Below, in pieces: positions 48,688 to 58,111 of a stretch of 64,000 nt of DNA (position 1 is the stretch's first letter; every line of letters begins with the position of its first letter). The stretch comes from a virus (lineage: Duplodnaviria; Caudoviricetes), in IMG/VR virus record IMGVR_UViG_3300049596_000679, positions 21,941-85,940 of that record; one strand, 5' to 3'. The notes under the pieces were generated by a model. That model was given only the letters and a program-made list of their open reading frames with translations. It had not been told where the DNA came from and made no database searches. The position numbers were made by a program, and so were the translations under genes.

Positions 48688-50244
48688 ATGAGGAAAAAGT
48701 TAATAACGGAATCGGGAATAAGAAACATCAGGGAATTATCTAAAAGATACCCTGAGGCGAAAATATACTTTCACCAAGATTTAGATGGTGTAACCACTGC
48801 TTTAGGTATGAAAAGCTACTTAGAACAAAATGGAATCAAAGTTGTTGACTCTGAAATTATCCAATATGGTGATAAGGAATTCGCAATTAAAAAGTTGGAT
48901 GCTGAGGGTGATGTTATGCCGGTGTTAGTTGACTTTGCTCACGGTAAACCAATGTTTGTTATACATACTGACCACCACGACACACAAGCGGGGGTTGAAC
49001 AAGGTACTTCAACTAATTTTAAATCCTCAAGATCTAACGTTGAGACAATATCTCAAACCGTATCTCCAAGAGATATTTTCCCATCTGACGATATCACTTT
49101 GATATCTACGGTTGACTCAGCAAATTATGCTCAATATGATATTAGTCCTGAACAAGTAATGAACTATTTGTTTAAGGTAGATAAAGATCAATCACTACAA
49201 AAAAACAAAATGATAATGGGTATGGTTGCTAATAAATTATTATTGGCATTCAAAAACAAACCAGGGTTCTTGGAAAATATTGTAATGAATGCAAATCCAT
49301 CGTTATTAAGTATATTGTTAAACATCAGATCTCAGATCAAAGAAAAAAGTTATGCTGATGTTGGGTCTTTGGAAAAAAACAAAGAGAGTTATGTTCAAAC
49401 AATGAAAACTCACAAGAATGTTAAAGTTGATGATAAAATTATAGTTCAGTATGGTGGAGGTAGTATGATGAAACCAGGATCATATGATAGATACACACCA
49501 TTCAGAAATAATCCTGACGCTGACTTCTTGGTGATTGCTTGGCCGTTAGGGTTGGTACAAGCGTCTTGTAATCCATTTAAGAAAGAAAGAGCACTTAAAG
49601 GTGTAAACTTAGGTGAGATCAAAGATGATGTCTTAAACAAGTGGAAATCACAATTACAAGATAAGGATATTCCTTTATCAACAATAAAATGGATATCAGA
49701 ATCAGGAAAAGGTTTTGGTGAACAATCAGTTGGTTTTACATTCAGAGATTTTAACGCCTTATATGGTAAAGAATTTAAACAAATGGCCGATGGGGAAGAC
49801 ATCCTTGGTGATGTTGAAGAGGCAATGAAAAAACCATTCAGTAATTTAACAGATAAAGAAATGAGAATGTTAGATTCTATTAGTGTAAATTCTTGGGATC
49901 TAATTCAATCCAATAGTGGGGGACACAAATGTATTACAAATATTTCTGGGTTATCATATTTAGGTAGATCTAAAAGACCACCTGAAGGTAAATACAAATA
50001 TAATGAAGAGTCAGATGATTCTCCTTATATTAAATTTACTAAGATGGTACAGAATGAATTTGTTAGAGTTTTGAAAGAAAAAATTAATGAAGATGGTGGT
50101 AATAGATATGAGCCAAATTTTGAGGTTGAAATGACGGAACACGCAAGGTCATTAGGAAACGCTAGAAAACAAGGACAAGGATTAAGATTCTCAAAGTCTG
50201 CAGTAAAATCAAATCAAATAAGATTTAGACCAAATAATAGATAA
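48688..50244 (+). CDS. DHH/DHHA1-family phosphoesterase with LITE leader
   Basis: HQDLDG, LVDF, TDHH and C-terminal GGH; TATTTAT at 48677. Confidence 0.75.
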   Translation: MRKKLITESGIRNIRELSKRYPEAKIYFHQDLDGVTTALGMKSYLEQNGIKVVDSEIIQYGDKEFAIKKLDAEGDVMPVLVDFAHGKPMFVIHTDHHDTQAGVEQGTSTNFKSSRSNVETISQTVSPRDIFPSDDITLISTVDSANYAQYDISPEQVMNYLFKVDKDQSLQKNKMIMGMVANKLLLAFKNKPGFLENIVMNANPSLLSILLNIRSQIKEKSYADVGSLEKNKESYVQTMKTHKNVKVDDKIIVQYGGGSMMKPGSYDRYTPFRNNPDADFLVIAWPLGLVQASCNPFKKERALKGVNLGEIKDDVLNKWKSQLQDKDIPLSTIKWISESGKGFGEQSVGFTFRDFNALYGKEFKQMADGEDILGDVEEAMKKPFSNLTDKEMRMLDSISVNSWDLIQSNSGGHKCITNISGLSYLGRSKRPPEGKYKYNEESDDSPYIKFTKMVQNEFVRVLKEKINEDGGNRYEPNFEVEMTEHARSLGNARKQGQGLRFSKSAVKSNQIRFRPNNR

Positions 50245-50248
50245 TAGT

Positions 50249-50929
50249 ATGAACTTATTAAACGAAGAAATAACAAGAATTAAATCAATGATGGGTATTA
50301 TTACCGAAAGTAATATATCTTTACCTATTAAAATTGGTAAGACTTGGAATCCTGGAAAAAAAGATGCGGATTTACTTCATTCATTTGAAACAAGAAAAAT
50401 TGATAAAAAAGGAGCCCTAATTGGAACCCAAATTGAGGAGAAACTAAAGGAACTTTATGATGCGGGAATTAACCCGAATGTGAGTAATTTAGAATTAATT
50501 GTGGATTCTAAAAATTACACAGTAACTTGGAGAGCTACCATTGATGAGAGTAAAGATGGTAAAGCTTATATGGGAATTGCAACAAGAGGATCTGCTGGTG
50601 GAAGTTCCGACACAAGAGCCGCAGAACAAGTTGAACCACTTAAACAAGATTTAAGGAAAAAAGGAGCTGAAGACATTACGTTATTTTTAGATTTTAAAAA
50701 TACAAATGGGATTCCTATCAGACAATATTTCTTTAAGTATACATTACCCGATAAATACCCACCACATGAGTCTGGATCATCAAATTATGTAAGAACAGAA
50801 GATCCTGTAGTAAGTGATAATTCAGATGATGATGTTGTTGATGTTGAAGACGGTGTAACAACTACCACTACAACTAAAAAGAGTCCTTTTGAATTTTTTA
50901 AAAACCTTGGTGGTATGTTAAAAAAATGA
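50249..50929 (+). CDS. Late protein with LNEEITRIKSMM leader
   Basis: Leader motif; unknown core domain; poly-Thr tail. Confidence 0.65.
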   Translation: MNLLNEEITRIKSMMGIITESNISLPIKIGKTWNPGKKDADLLHSFETRKIDKKGALIGTQIEEKLKELYDAGINPNVSNLELIVDSKNYTVTWRATIDESKDGKAYMGIATRGSAGGSSDTRAAEQVEPLKQDLRKKGAEDITLFLDFKNTNGIPIRQYFFKYTLPDKYPPHESGSSNYVRTEDPVVSDNSDDDVVDVEDGVTTTTTTKKSPFEFFKNLGGMLKK

Positions 50930-50933
50930 AAGA

Positions 50934-51281
50934 CTAATCTTGTAATAATATGGTATCACCTTCGGCAATATCATATTTTATACAAGTACCACCTTTGAGT
51001 TCTAATATCATATCACCATTACCGGTGTAACGATCACACTCAGGTGTATTACATGGTTTACAATTATTATGTATTTTGTTGATTTTATTCCCATTAATGA
51101 AAATTATATCCAAAGATATAATACAATTCTTCATCCAAAAAGAATGGTCACCTTCCTTCATTATGAATAACATACCATCAAACGTTTTGTCAAATTTTTT
51201 ACCCATCATACCTTTTTGTATGTCTTTAGTGGTCATCACACATTTGACATTGAATAAATTATTATTTACTATTAACTCCAT
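50934..51281 (-). CDS. DUF192-family protein
   Basis: KGMM, GMLF, FWMKN, LDIIFI and ILELKGG. Confidence 0.85.
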   Translation of the reverse strand: MELIVNNNLFNVKCVMTTKDIQKGMMGKKFDKTFDGMLFIMKEGDHSFWMKNCIISLDIIFINGNKINKIHNNCKPCNTPECDRYTGNGDMILELKGGTCIKYDIAEGDTILLQD

Positions 51282-51304
51282 ATACTTATAAATATATTCT
51301 TATA

Positions 51305-51715
51305 ATGAAATCAAATAGAAGTTCGGGCATAATATTAAAATTTGAGAATAAAGTTTTGTTATGTAAACGAGCTGACCACGAAACTTATTCTGGAAAATGG
51401 TTTATCCCTTCAGGACATTTGGAATCAAATGAAACACCAAAAGATTGTGCTTATCGTGAATTTTACGAGGAAACAAACATTAAGATTGAGGAGGATATAA
51501 GTTTGGTTGGATTCATTACAAAGAAAGATGAAGAAGGAAAACCAAAGGGGTTAATTTATGTGTATTTATATGAATCTGACGAAAAAAAGATGCCAAACTT
51601 GGATAAAGCTGAAGATGGTCATGAACACTCAGATTGTGGGTTTTTTACGTTAAAAGACATTCCAATTGATGAAAATGAAGAAATATACAAAATTTTAACA
51701 AAAATTTTATCTTAA
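51305..51715 (+). CDS. NUDIX hydrolase
   Basis: Nudix box GHLESNETPKDCAYREFYEETN. Confidence 0.88.
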   Translation: MKSNRSSGIILKFENKVLLCKRADHETYSGKWFIPSGHLESNETPKDCAYREFYEETNIKIEEDISLVGFITKKDEEGKPKGLIYVYLYESDEKKMPNLDKAEDGHEHSDCGFFTLKDIPIDENEEIYKILTKILS

Positions 51716-51761
51716 ACGTAAAATTTATTTACTTTTAATAAATTAAACTATATTTATATTA

Positions 51762-51853
51762 CACAAAAACAACCAATACCCTTCCTTTCTACGAATTAAT
51801 TGGTTTATAAATATTAATCCCATAGTTTTTGAGAAAAAAGTATGGGATTTTTT
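51762..51853 (+). ncRNA. Putative small RNA with a pyrimidine-rich, anti-SD-like loop
   Basis: TATTTATA at 51751; stem AACCAAT/ATTGGTT around ACCCTTCCTTTCTACG; terminator at 51816-51853. Confidence 0.35.
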
Positions 51854-51898
51854 ATGCCGTGTCAATTTTATTTGTATATTTGTAGAAACAAAAAACAT

Positions 51899-52231
51899 AT
51901 GGGAACTTACATACACACATTCAAGAAAAAATTCAACAAGAAAGCAACATTTGATGGAAATCCTGTTGTTGTTGGACAAGCAACATTTTTATGTCGTCAA
52001 GATTGGTTAGGTAATTACTCACCATCTGAAAATAGAGAAATGACAAGAGCTTACGCTTTGACTGAAAATGATCAAGCTGATTATATTACATTTGATGGTG
52101 AGATGGTTTATAAAAATAATAAAAAAGGTGTATGGTCAGACGGATCTGGTTTTTGGGGTGGTATTGACCACAAAAATGATTTTGTTGGCACACTAAAAAA
52201 AGTGGGTAGAAAATTTGTTATTGTCAAATAA
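51899..52231 (+). CDS. Hypothetical early protein
   Basis: ATG after TATATTTG (51875). The track's start at 51842 lies inside a terminator. Confidence 0.6.
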   Translation: MGTYIHTFKKKFNKKATFDGNPVVVGQATFLCRQDWLGNYSPSENREMTRAYALTENDQADYITFDGEMVYKNNKKGVWSDGSGFWGGIDHKNDFVGTLKKVGRKFVIVK

Positions 52232-52248
52232 TTTAGTATCTTTGTTAT

Positions 52249-52524
52249 ATGAATAAGATGGGTTTCAACATAAAAGTAGTTAGTGATAAGTTCGGTGATT
52301 TAATCAACGAGACATTCATGGATCAGACACAATTCAAAATATTTTTGAAGATGGTGCACGGAGCATTGGTATTAGAAGAAGACCTAAGTTTCTTCAATGG
52401 AGATACATTCTTGGTTCACATCCCAAGTAAGGTCTTTAAAGACTCTGTTATTTTTACAAACGTTAGACAAGTTTCTTTAACTGAACAAGTTAAAAGTAAA
52501 ATTGAGGCGTTAGTAACAAAATAA
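52249..52524 (+). CDS. Hypothetical early protein
   Basis: TTTG-N19-TATCTTTG immediately upstream. Confidence 0.6.
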   Translation: MNKMGFNIKVVSDKFGDLINETFMDQTQFKIFLKMVHGALVLEEDLSFFNGDTFLVHIPSKVFKDSVIFTNVRQVSLTEQVKSKIEALVTK

Positions 52525-52589
52525 TTGTTTCCTTATTTAGAAAAATAAGGTGGTGGAGTCAGACATATATCCAATGTCGGGCCTAAAAT

Positions 52590-52612
52590 GGGAACTTCGG
52601 TTCCCTTTTTTT
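52590..52612 (+). terminator. Terminator with a UUCG tetraloop
   Basis: gggaac-ttcg-gttccc followed by a T-run. Confidence 0.85.
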
Positions 52613-52671
52613 ATTTATTTTTTATTATATGGTTATATTTATATAATAAATAAATTTAATAAGCAATATTT

Positions 52672-52884
52672 ATGTTACCTAAAATAAAATTAACGGAAAG
52701 TGAGATCAGAGATATTTTGAGTCAACATGGTGTAAAGACCAATGTTTTGGTTGAACAAACTCAAAATTACACCACTGTGGACATTCAAAATTGGTTAAAT
52801 TCTAATAAAAACGCAGGATTAGATGTTGACGGCAAAATGGGAATTTTAACGGTTAAGGCCATAAAAAATGCGTTAATAGGATAA
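52672..52884 (+). CDS. LTESE leader plus a single peptidoglycan-binding domain
   Basis: KLTESEIRDIL; IQNWLN....LDVDGKMGILTVKAI. Confidence 0.7.
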   Translation: MLPKIKLTESEIRDILSQHGVKTNVLVEQTQNYTTVDIQNWLNSNKNAGLDVDGKMGILTVKAIKNALIG

Positions 52885-52887
52885 GAT

Positions 52888-55041
52888 ATGAAAAAAATTA
52901 CAGATAGTTTATTAAAAAGAATTGTTAGACAAAGTCTAAATGAAAGTTATGGTTTGTTAAATGAGGCCACTTTCGCAACAGGTAAAATAACTTCTGCTGG
53001 TGTTGAGTATGAAAATCTTGATATAACTGAAAATCCATGTCCTCGTGGTGGTTTTTGTTTAACACCGGCTACAAAAAGTGGTTATAAAATGGCGAGTGAA
53101 TTTGCTAAAGAAACATCTGTTCCGGGTGATTATACCGAACAAATAACTTGGATGGAGTCGGTTATGGCGTTATGTGATAATGAAGAATATAGTAAAGGGG
53201 AACCAATGGATGAAGGAACCATTGGTAACATTGTAAGTGAGATTCAGGATGAAATGGACGATGGTGTTATTGACCATTCTTTTATTAAGAAAAAAGTTCA
53301 ATCATTAAGTGATTTTCCTAGTTTTTGTATTGCTAGAGAAAGATCAAATTCTTATGGTTATGACATTTTTGGTTCAAATGCTGAGTATAGATTGAATATG
53401 GGTGCTAATGATAATGATGACTATAAAAATTATGTTGTATTACCGGTTTTTCAATTACTTCAAAATTCTGTTAGTAAAACTAAAAAATTTGAACCTAAAT
53501 TTTGGGAATCTGTTGCAGCTGCTGCTAAAACACAAAAACCAAAACCAAATACTACTACAGGTGGAGGAGGTACTGAGAACACTACTTTAGACATTGGGTC
53601 ATTACCTTGTGTTGTTGAACATCCTGCCTTAATCAATAAAAAAGAACCATTAGATAATGGTTTTGGGTTTAGATTAAAAACAGGAAATCCAGTAATTGAT
53701 GATTTTACATTTGGTGTTACAAAAGATCCAAATGTACCTGATAGCATGTTACAAGGTAAAAAGTTCTCAAATAAAAGTCAGATTCTACTTGATTTTAATT
53801 GTGATGATAAATACATACAATGGTCACTTTCAAGTGATGTTTGGAATTATGATGATGTTGCATTTGGCGGAGCTTGGGATGCATCTACGGGTGGTAGTGT
53901 TGCTTTAACCACAGACCCTGATCTTGAAGATGATGGTAAAGTTAATCAAAGTATTCAAACAGAAAGAGTAAAAGGTTTCAGACACAATTTGTTAACTGAG
54001 GCGGAATTTAAACTTGGAGATAAAGGCCCTGAGGTTGGTAAAATACAAAGTAAATTAGGTTTAAAACCAGATAAAGGTACACCAATTTATGGTCCAGCAA
54101 CTAAAGCCGCAGTTGAAAAATTTCAAACAGATAATGGAATTACACCTGTGACAGGAAATATTGATGCCGTTACTTATGACAAAATTATTGAAAAATATCC
54201 CGATCCAATACAACAAACGGGTGCAGGGTGGACTCAAGATTTAAAAGTAGGTATGTCTGGACCTGATGTTGAATTTATACAAACAAAATTAGGTATAAGT
54301 AAAGGTAAGTATGGACCTGAAACCGAAAAGACGGTTAAAGAATTCCAAAAAAAATACAAATTCGCTGAAACGGGTATTGTTGATAAAACAACGTATGATA
54401 AATTAATACAAGTTAAAGATGCGGGTACTCCATTAACGTTTTCGGCTAAAAAACATAATTATGTAGTTGGTCAATGGATTAAAGTAACTCCTGAGAATGG
54501 TAATGAGGCAAATCAATTAACCGAAAATAATGGTTATTTTAGAATAATAAAAGTACCAAATGATTATACAATTATATTAGATTTACCTTGGGGAAATTCA
54601 AAAGGTTTTAAAACTATCGGAGGATCAACACAAAGAGTTTTATTTGGTGAAGATGCAAAAGAAGGTACCAAACAAGTTATTAAAAGAGATAGAAATACTA
54701 ATACTAATAATAATTCAGGTACAAGAAGTAATAATAATAATTCAGGTAAAAGAAGCAATAACAATAATTCAAATACAAATACTGTAGATACTGAAAAACA
54801 AAAACAAAGAAAGGTACGTACCAAAGAATTTTGTGATACCTTAAGAGAAGTAAAGAAATATATAAATAATAATAAAGGTGGTGATTTAACTATTAGTTGT
54901 GACAGAACTCAAAAAACAATAAATCAAATTATGGTGGCACTTACAGGTGGTACCATAGGTGCTCCAGTTGCTCCCGTTGCTCCCGTTGCTCCCGTTGCTC
55001 CAGTTTCCTCACCGGGTGGTGGAAATGTAACGGTATATTAA
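52888..55041 (+). CDS. Multidomain late protein: leader, degenerate annexin-like domain, two PG-binding domains
   Basis: MKKITDSLLKRIVRQSLNE; LGDKGPEVGKIQSKL..YGPATKAAVEKFQ; LKVGMSGPDVEFIQ..YGPETEKTVKEFQ. Confidence 0.7.
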   Translation: MKKITDSLLKRIVRQSLNESYGLLNEATFATGKITSAGVEYENLDITENPCPRGGFCLTPATKSGYKMASEFAKETSVPGDYTEQITWMESVMALCDNEEYSKGEPMDEGTIGNIVSEIQDEMDDGVIDHSFIKKKVQSLSDFPSFCIARERSNSYGYDIFGSNAEYRLNMGANDNDDYKNYVVLPVFQLLQNSVSKTKKFEPKFWESVAAAAKTQKPKPNTTTGGGGTENTTLDIGSLPCVVEHPALINKKEPLDNGFGFRLKTGNPVIDDFTFGVTKDPNVPDSMLQGKKFSNKSQILLDFNCDDKYIQWSLSSDVWNYDDVAFGGAWDASTGGSVALTTDPDLEDDGKVNQSIQTERVKGFRHNLLTEAEFKLGDKGPEVGKIQSKLGLKPDKGTPIYGPATKAAVEKFQTDNGITPVTGNIDAVTYDKIIEKYPDPIQQTGAGWTQDLKVGMSGPDVEFIQTKLGISKGKYGPETEKTVKEFQKKYKFAETGIVDKTTYDKLIQVKDAGTPLTFSAKKHNYVVGQWIKVTPENGNEANQLTENNGYFRIIKVPNDYTIILDLPWGNSKGFKTIGGSTQRVLFGEDAKEGTKQVIKRDRNTNTNNNSGTRSNNNNSGKRSNNNNSNTNTVDTEKQKQRKVRTKEFCDTLREVKKYINNNKGGDLTISCDRTQKTINQIMVALTGGTIGAPVAPVAPVAPVAPVSSPGGGNVTVY

Positions 55042-55061
55042 TAAAAAACAATAAATTTATT

Positions 55062-55086
55062 AAGGGAGGTCAATCTCCCTTTTTTT
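55062..55086 (+). terminator. Intrinsic terminator
   Basis: aagggag...ctccctt followed by a T-run. Confidence 0.75.
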
Positions 55087-55114
55087 ATGCCGTTTTTTTT
55101 CTTATATTTGTACT

Positions 55115-55516
55115 ATGGAAAAAATGTTATACATCGTTAGAGGAATACCGGGAAGTGGTAAGTCTACTTTTGCTAAATCATTGGGTGGAACTCATTTTGA
55201 AACGGATATGTTTTTTATGGTTGATGGTGAATATAAATTTGATTTCACAAAATTGAAAGAGGCACATAAATGGTGTCAGGATAGAGTTGGTAATGCGATG
55301 ATATTAAATATTACTGCAAATTTAAACAATGTAATTGTGGTTTCAAATACATTTACACAAGAGTGGGAAATGCAACCATATTTTGATATGGCAGAAAATT
55401 TTGATTATAAAGTATTTTCTGTTATTGTTGAAAACAGACATGGTGGAATTAATCAACACGGTGTTCCTGAAGATAAAATAGAATTAATGCGTAATCGTTT
55501 TGAAATAAAATTATGA
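55115..55516 (+). CDS. P-loop polynucleotide kinase-like (AAA_33) protein
   Basis: RGIPGSGKST, VSNTF and HGVP; TATATTTG at 55103. Confidence 0.8.
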   Translation: MEKMLYIVRGIPGSGKSTFAKSLGGTHFETDMFFMVDGEYKFDFTKLKEAHKWCQDRVGNAMILNITANLNNVIVVSNTFTQEWEMQPYFDMAENFDYKVFSVIVENRHGGINQHGVPEDKIELMRNRFEIKL

Positions 55517-56169
55517 TGAAATTTGATAAAATATTAACAACAGGTAAAGTGTGGGTCACGTCTGATCCGCACTACAACCATAAAAACATTTGCCGGGGTG
55601 TTACCGATTGGAGAACACTTGATGGGAAAGTACCGGAATATAACACAAGAGATTTCCCAACTTTAGAACTAATGAATAACACATTGGTTAACAATATCAA
55701 CTCAAAAGTTGGTCAGGACGATACTTTAATTATGTTGGGTGATATTGCGTTTGGTGGGTTTGAATTTATTAAAATTTTCTTGGACCGATTGGTATGTAAA
55801 AACATACACTTGGTTCTTGGTAACCACGATCACCATATCAGAAACAATAGGGATGACATTAAAGATATGTTCTTATCTGTTAGTGATTACTTACAGGTTA
55901 ATATTGATGGACAGAATTTTGTGATGACTCACTATCCATTTGAAAGTTGGAATGGTCTTGGTAAAGGTGTTGTTCACCTTCACGGACACGTTCATTTACC
56001 GGTAGGTAGAAAGTGGGGTAAAGGTAAAAGATTGGACGTTGGTGTTGATGGAAATGGTTTGTTTCCATATCGTATAACTGAGGTTGTACATATGATGGAT
56101 AAACGAGACATTGTTTCTGAAATGGATAATGATCACCACTTAGATGATATAGTTAATGTTGTGGGTTAA
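55513..56169 (+). CDS. Calcineurin-like metallophosphoesterase
   Basis: SDPH, LGD, GNHD, THYP and HGHVH. Confidence 0.88.
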   Translation: MMKFDKILTTGKVWVTSDPHYNHKNICRGVTDWRTLDGKVPEYNTRDFPTLELMNNTLVNNINSKVGQDDTLIMLGDIAFGGFEFIKIFLDRLVCKNIHLVLGNHDHHIRNNRDDIKDMFLSVSDYLQVNIDGQNFVMTHYPFESWNGLGKGVVHLHGHVHLPVGRKWGKGKRLDVGVDGNGLFPYRITEVVHMMDKRDIVSEMDNDHHLDDIVNVVG

Positions 56170-56195
56170 ATCGCAACTCCAATATATTTATTACT

Positions 56196-56714
56196 ATGGA
56201 TGATATGTTTGCGTATAACTCACAATTTTTACCTGGAACACAAATTACCGTTGTATTTAAGGAAAATCCAAATTATGGTCAATTAAATGAATTTTTTAAT
56301 GATTATGGTTATGGATTTTATGCTCCTGAATTTAAAACAATTTTTATAGATGGTGAGGTTTTTTTAGGTGAAGATGGTTTAACTATGGATGATTTACGTT
56401 TTATAGAGGCACATGAAATATCACATTTAATATTAAAACATGATGGTCCGAGATCTGAAAATGATGAGTTGGAAGCGGATCTAGGCGCATACATTCTTTT
56501 AAAGAATAAAAATTTACCAACTGATCGTCTTATTGATCAGTTTGAATATAGGCACGGAATAGAATTCTCTGAAGATCTTATAAATAAGATTGGGGATAAA
56601 TTCCCACATACATTGAGAGAGAATAGTATAATCAATTGGGAACTACATCAACAACTGATGGAAAAAAAATACGGTAAAAGAAAAATAGAAACCGGATTTA
56701 AATTCAAAAAATAG
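56196..56714 (+). CDS. HExxH zinc metallopeptidase-like protein
   Basis: AHEISH...ELEAD; TATTTAT at 56185. Confidence 0.65.
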   Translation: MDDMFAYNSQFLPGTQITVVFKENPNYGQLNEFFNDYGYGFYAPEFKTIFIDGEVFLGEDGLTMDDLRFIEAHEISHLILKHDGPRSENDELEADLGAYILLKNKNLPTDRLIDQFEYRHGIEFSEDLINKIGDKFPHTLRENSIINWELHQQLMEKKYGKRKIETGFKFKK

Positions 56715-56753
56715 TTTGTAAAATCTAAAATAATTTACTATCTTTGTTCTTAT

Positions 56754-56945
56754 ATGAAAACCCCATGTAAGGAATGTCCTCACGTTATTAAAAATCGTCA
56801 TAATGATATGATTGTGGAGTTCGGTAAAAGAACAGGTAAGAAACATAATTGTCATATGACCGAAGGGGTGAAAGATTTGTGGAATATTAAAAACGAAAAA
56901 TTAGAATGTTATGGATCAAAGAGAGATGATTTACGGAGTATGTGA
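56754..56945 (+). CDS. Small Cys/His protein
   Basis: PCKECP...CH...C; TTTG-N20-TATCTTTG upstream. Confidence 0.6.
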   Translation: MKTPCKECPHVIKNRHNDMIVEFGKRTGKKHNCHMTEGVKDLWNIKNEKLECYGSKRDDLRSM

Positions 56946-57132
56946 TAAGACAGGGAAATGTGATTCCTATTTTGGGTTCTTCAAAAATGAGAAAGATGCG
57001 GAACACGAAGTCGAAGTTCAAGCTAATAGACTCAAGGAAGACTTGGGTATGATGGATATTGATATTCAAACAGACCGAGCATTATTTGGTGGTAAGCTGG
57101 TAATAGTAATTCATAGATACGTATTAAGATGA
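56911..57132 (+). CDS. Hypothetical protein
   Basis: Operonic ORF. Confidence 0.55.
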   Translation: MDQREMIYGVCDKTGKCDSYFGFFKNEKDAEHEVEVQANRLKEDLGMMDIDIQTDRALFGGKLVIVIHRYVLR

Positions 57133-57437
57133 AAACAATAGAAACTAAATTTGGAACATATATAGATATGGAAACAGAAACAAGCACAAAATTAACTGGT
57201 GATAAAATCACGGTGTTCGTAGAAAGATTAAAAAAAATTGGAATTGAGGTTAAACTATCAGGGAACTTTCCTTGGGTATATATTACTGAAATCTGTGGTA
57301 AAAGAGTAACTGAAAAGTTTGAAGGGAATCACGGGTTTACAATAATCTTTCTTCCTGGAAGAAATGATAGTCCACCATCTGAATTTACAGATATTACAGA
57401 GATATTCAAACTATTAAGAAAATATACAAATGAATAA
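57129..57437 (+). CDS. Hypothetical protein
   Basis: GNFPWVY motif; operonic. Confidence 0.6.
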   Translation: MKTIETKFGTYIDMETETSTKLTGDKITVFVERLKKIGIEVKLSGNFPWVYITEICGKRVTEKFEGNHGFTIIFLPGRNDSPPSEFTDITEIFKLLRKYTNE

Positions 57438-57837
57438 AAAAATATATCTAGATGACGTTCGTACGCCGGTAGATCCAAGTTGGGTGGTTGTTCGTTCTTA
57501 TGATGAATTTGTTAGTAAGATAAATGAAATTGGTTTAGAGAACATTGAGTTAATATCTTTGGATCACGATTTGGGTGATACCGCAATGAGAGAATGGCAT
57601 TACGGAGTCGTAAAAAACTACACCATCAATTACGATAACATCACTGAAAAAACTGGTATGGATTGCACCAAGTGGTTGGTAAATCAATGGTTAGATGGTA
57701 AACCTGTGGTTGAGGTTGTGGTTCATTCAGCAAACGCTATTGGTAGTGGTAATATGATGGGTTACATCAACAATTACCGACACTTAAATAGAATGGAACA
57801 AAATTGTGTAAGAGTTAAAATTGAACATACAGTATAA
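57430..57837 (+). CDS. Cyclic-phosphate-processing receiver-like domain protein
   Basis: IYLDDVR, ISLDHDLG, TGMD and VHSAN..G. Confidence 0.75.
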   Translation: MNKKIYLDDVRTPVDPSWVVVRSYDEFVSKINEIGLENIELISLDHDLGDTAMREWHYGVVKNYTINYDNITEKTGMDCTKWLVNQWLDGKPVVEVVVHSANAIGSGNMMGYINNYRHLNRMEQNCVRVKIEHTV

Positions 57838-57847
57838 AAATAAAATT

Positions 57848-58108
57848 ATGGAATTAGAAAAATTTGAACAAGCAAAAAAAGTTAAAGAAAACCTTGAAAG
57901 GTTAAAAACACGGAAACATAAATTGGAATCCGCACTCAAATCTTGTAGTTTGGGGGTTACGATTAAGTATACGTATGGAGGTAAATTCCAAACGCCAGGT
58001 GAAGTGGGATTATATAATAAAGAGATTATAAAAGAAATGATGATCAAAGAACTTGAAAAGTTGGATGAAGAAATAAATTTAGTTAAAGAAGAATTTGAAA
58101 AAGTATAA
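57848..58108 (+). CDS. Hypothetical coiled-coil protein
   Basis: ORF; likely ATG start at MELEKFEQ. Confidence 0.55.
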   Translation: MELEKFEQAKKVKENLERLKTRKHKLESALKSCSLGVTIKYTYGGKFQTPGEVGLYNKEIIKEMMIKELEKLDEEINLVKEEFEKV

Positions 58109-58111
58109 GAA

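Noticed and set aside
51076-51291. Plus-strand 71-aa ORF
   Set aside because: Antisense to the clear DUF192 gene.
54700-55005. Asn-rich and APV tandem repeats
   Set aside because: Low-complexity coding linkers with no sign of independent function.
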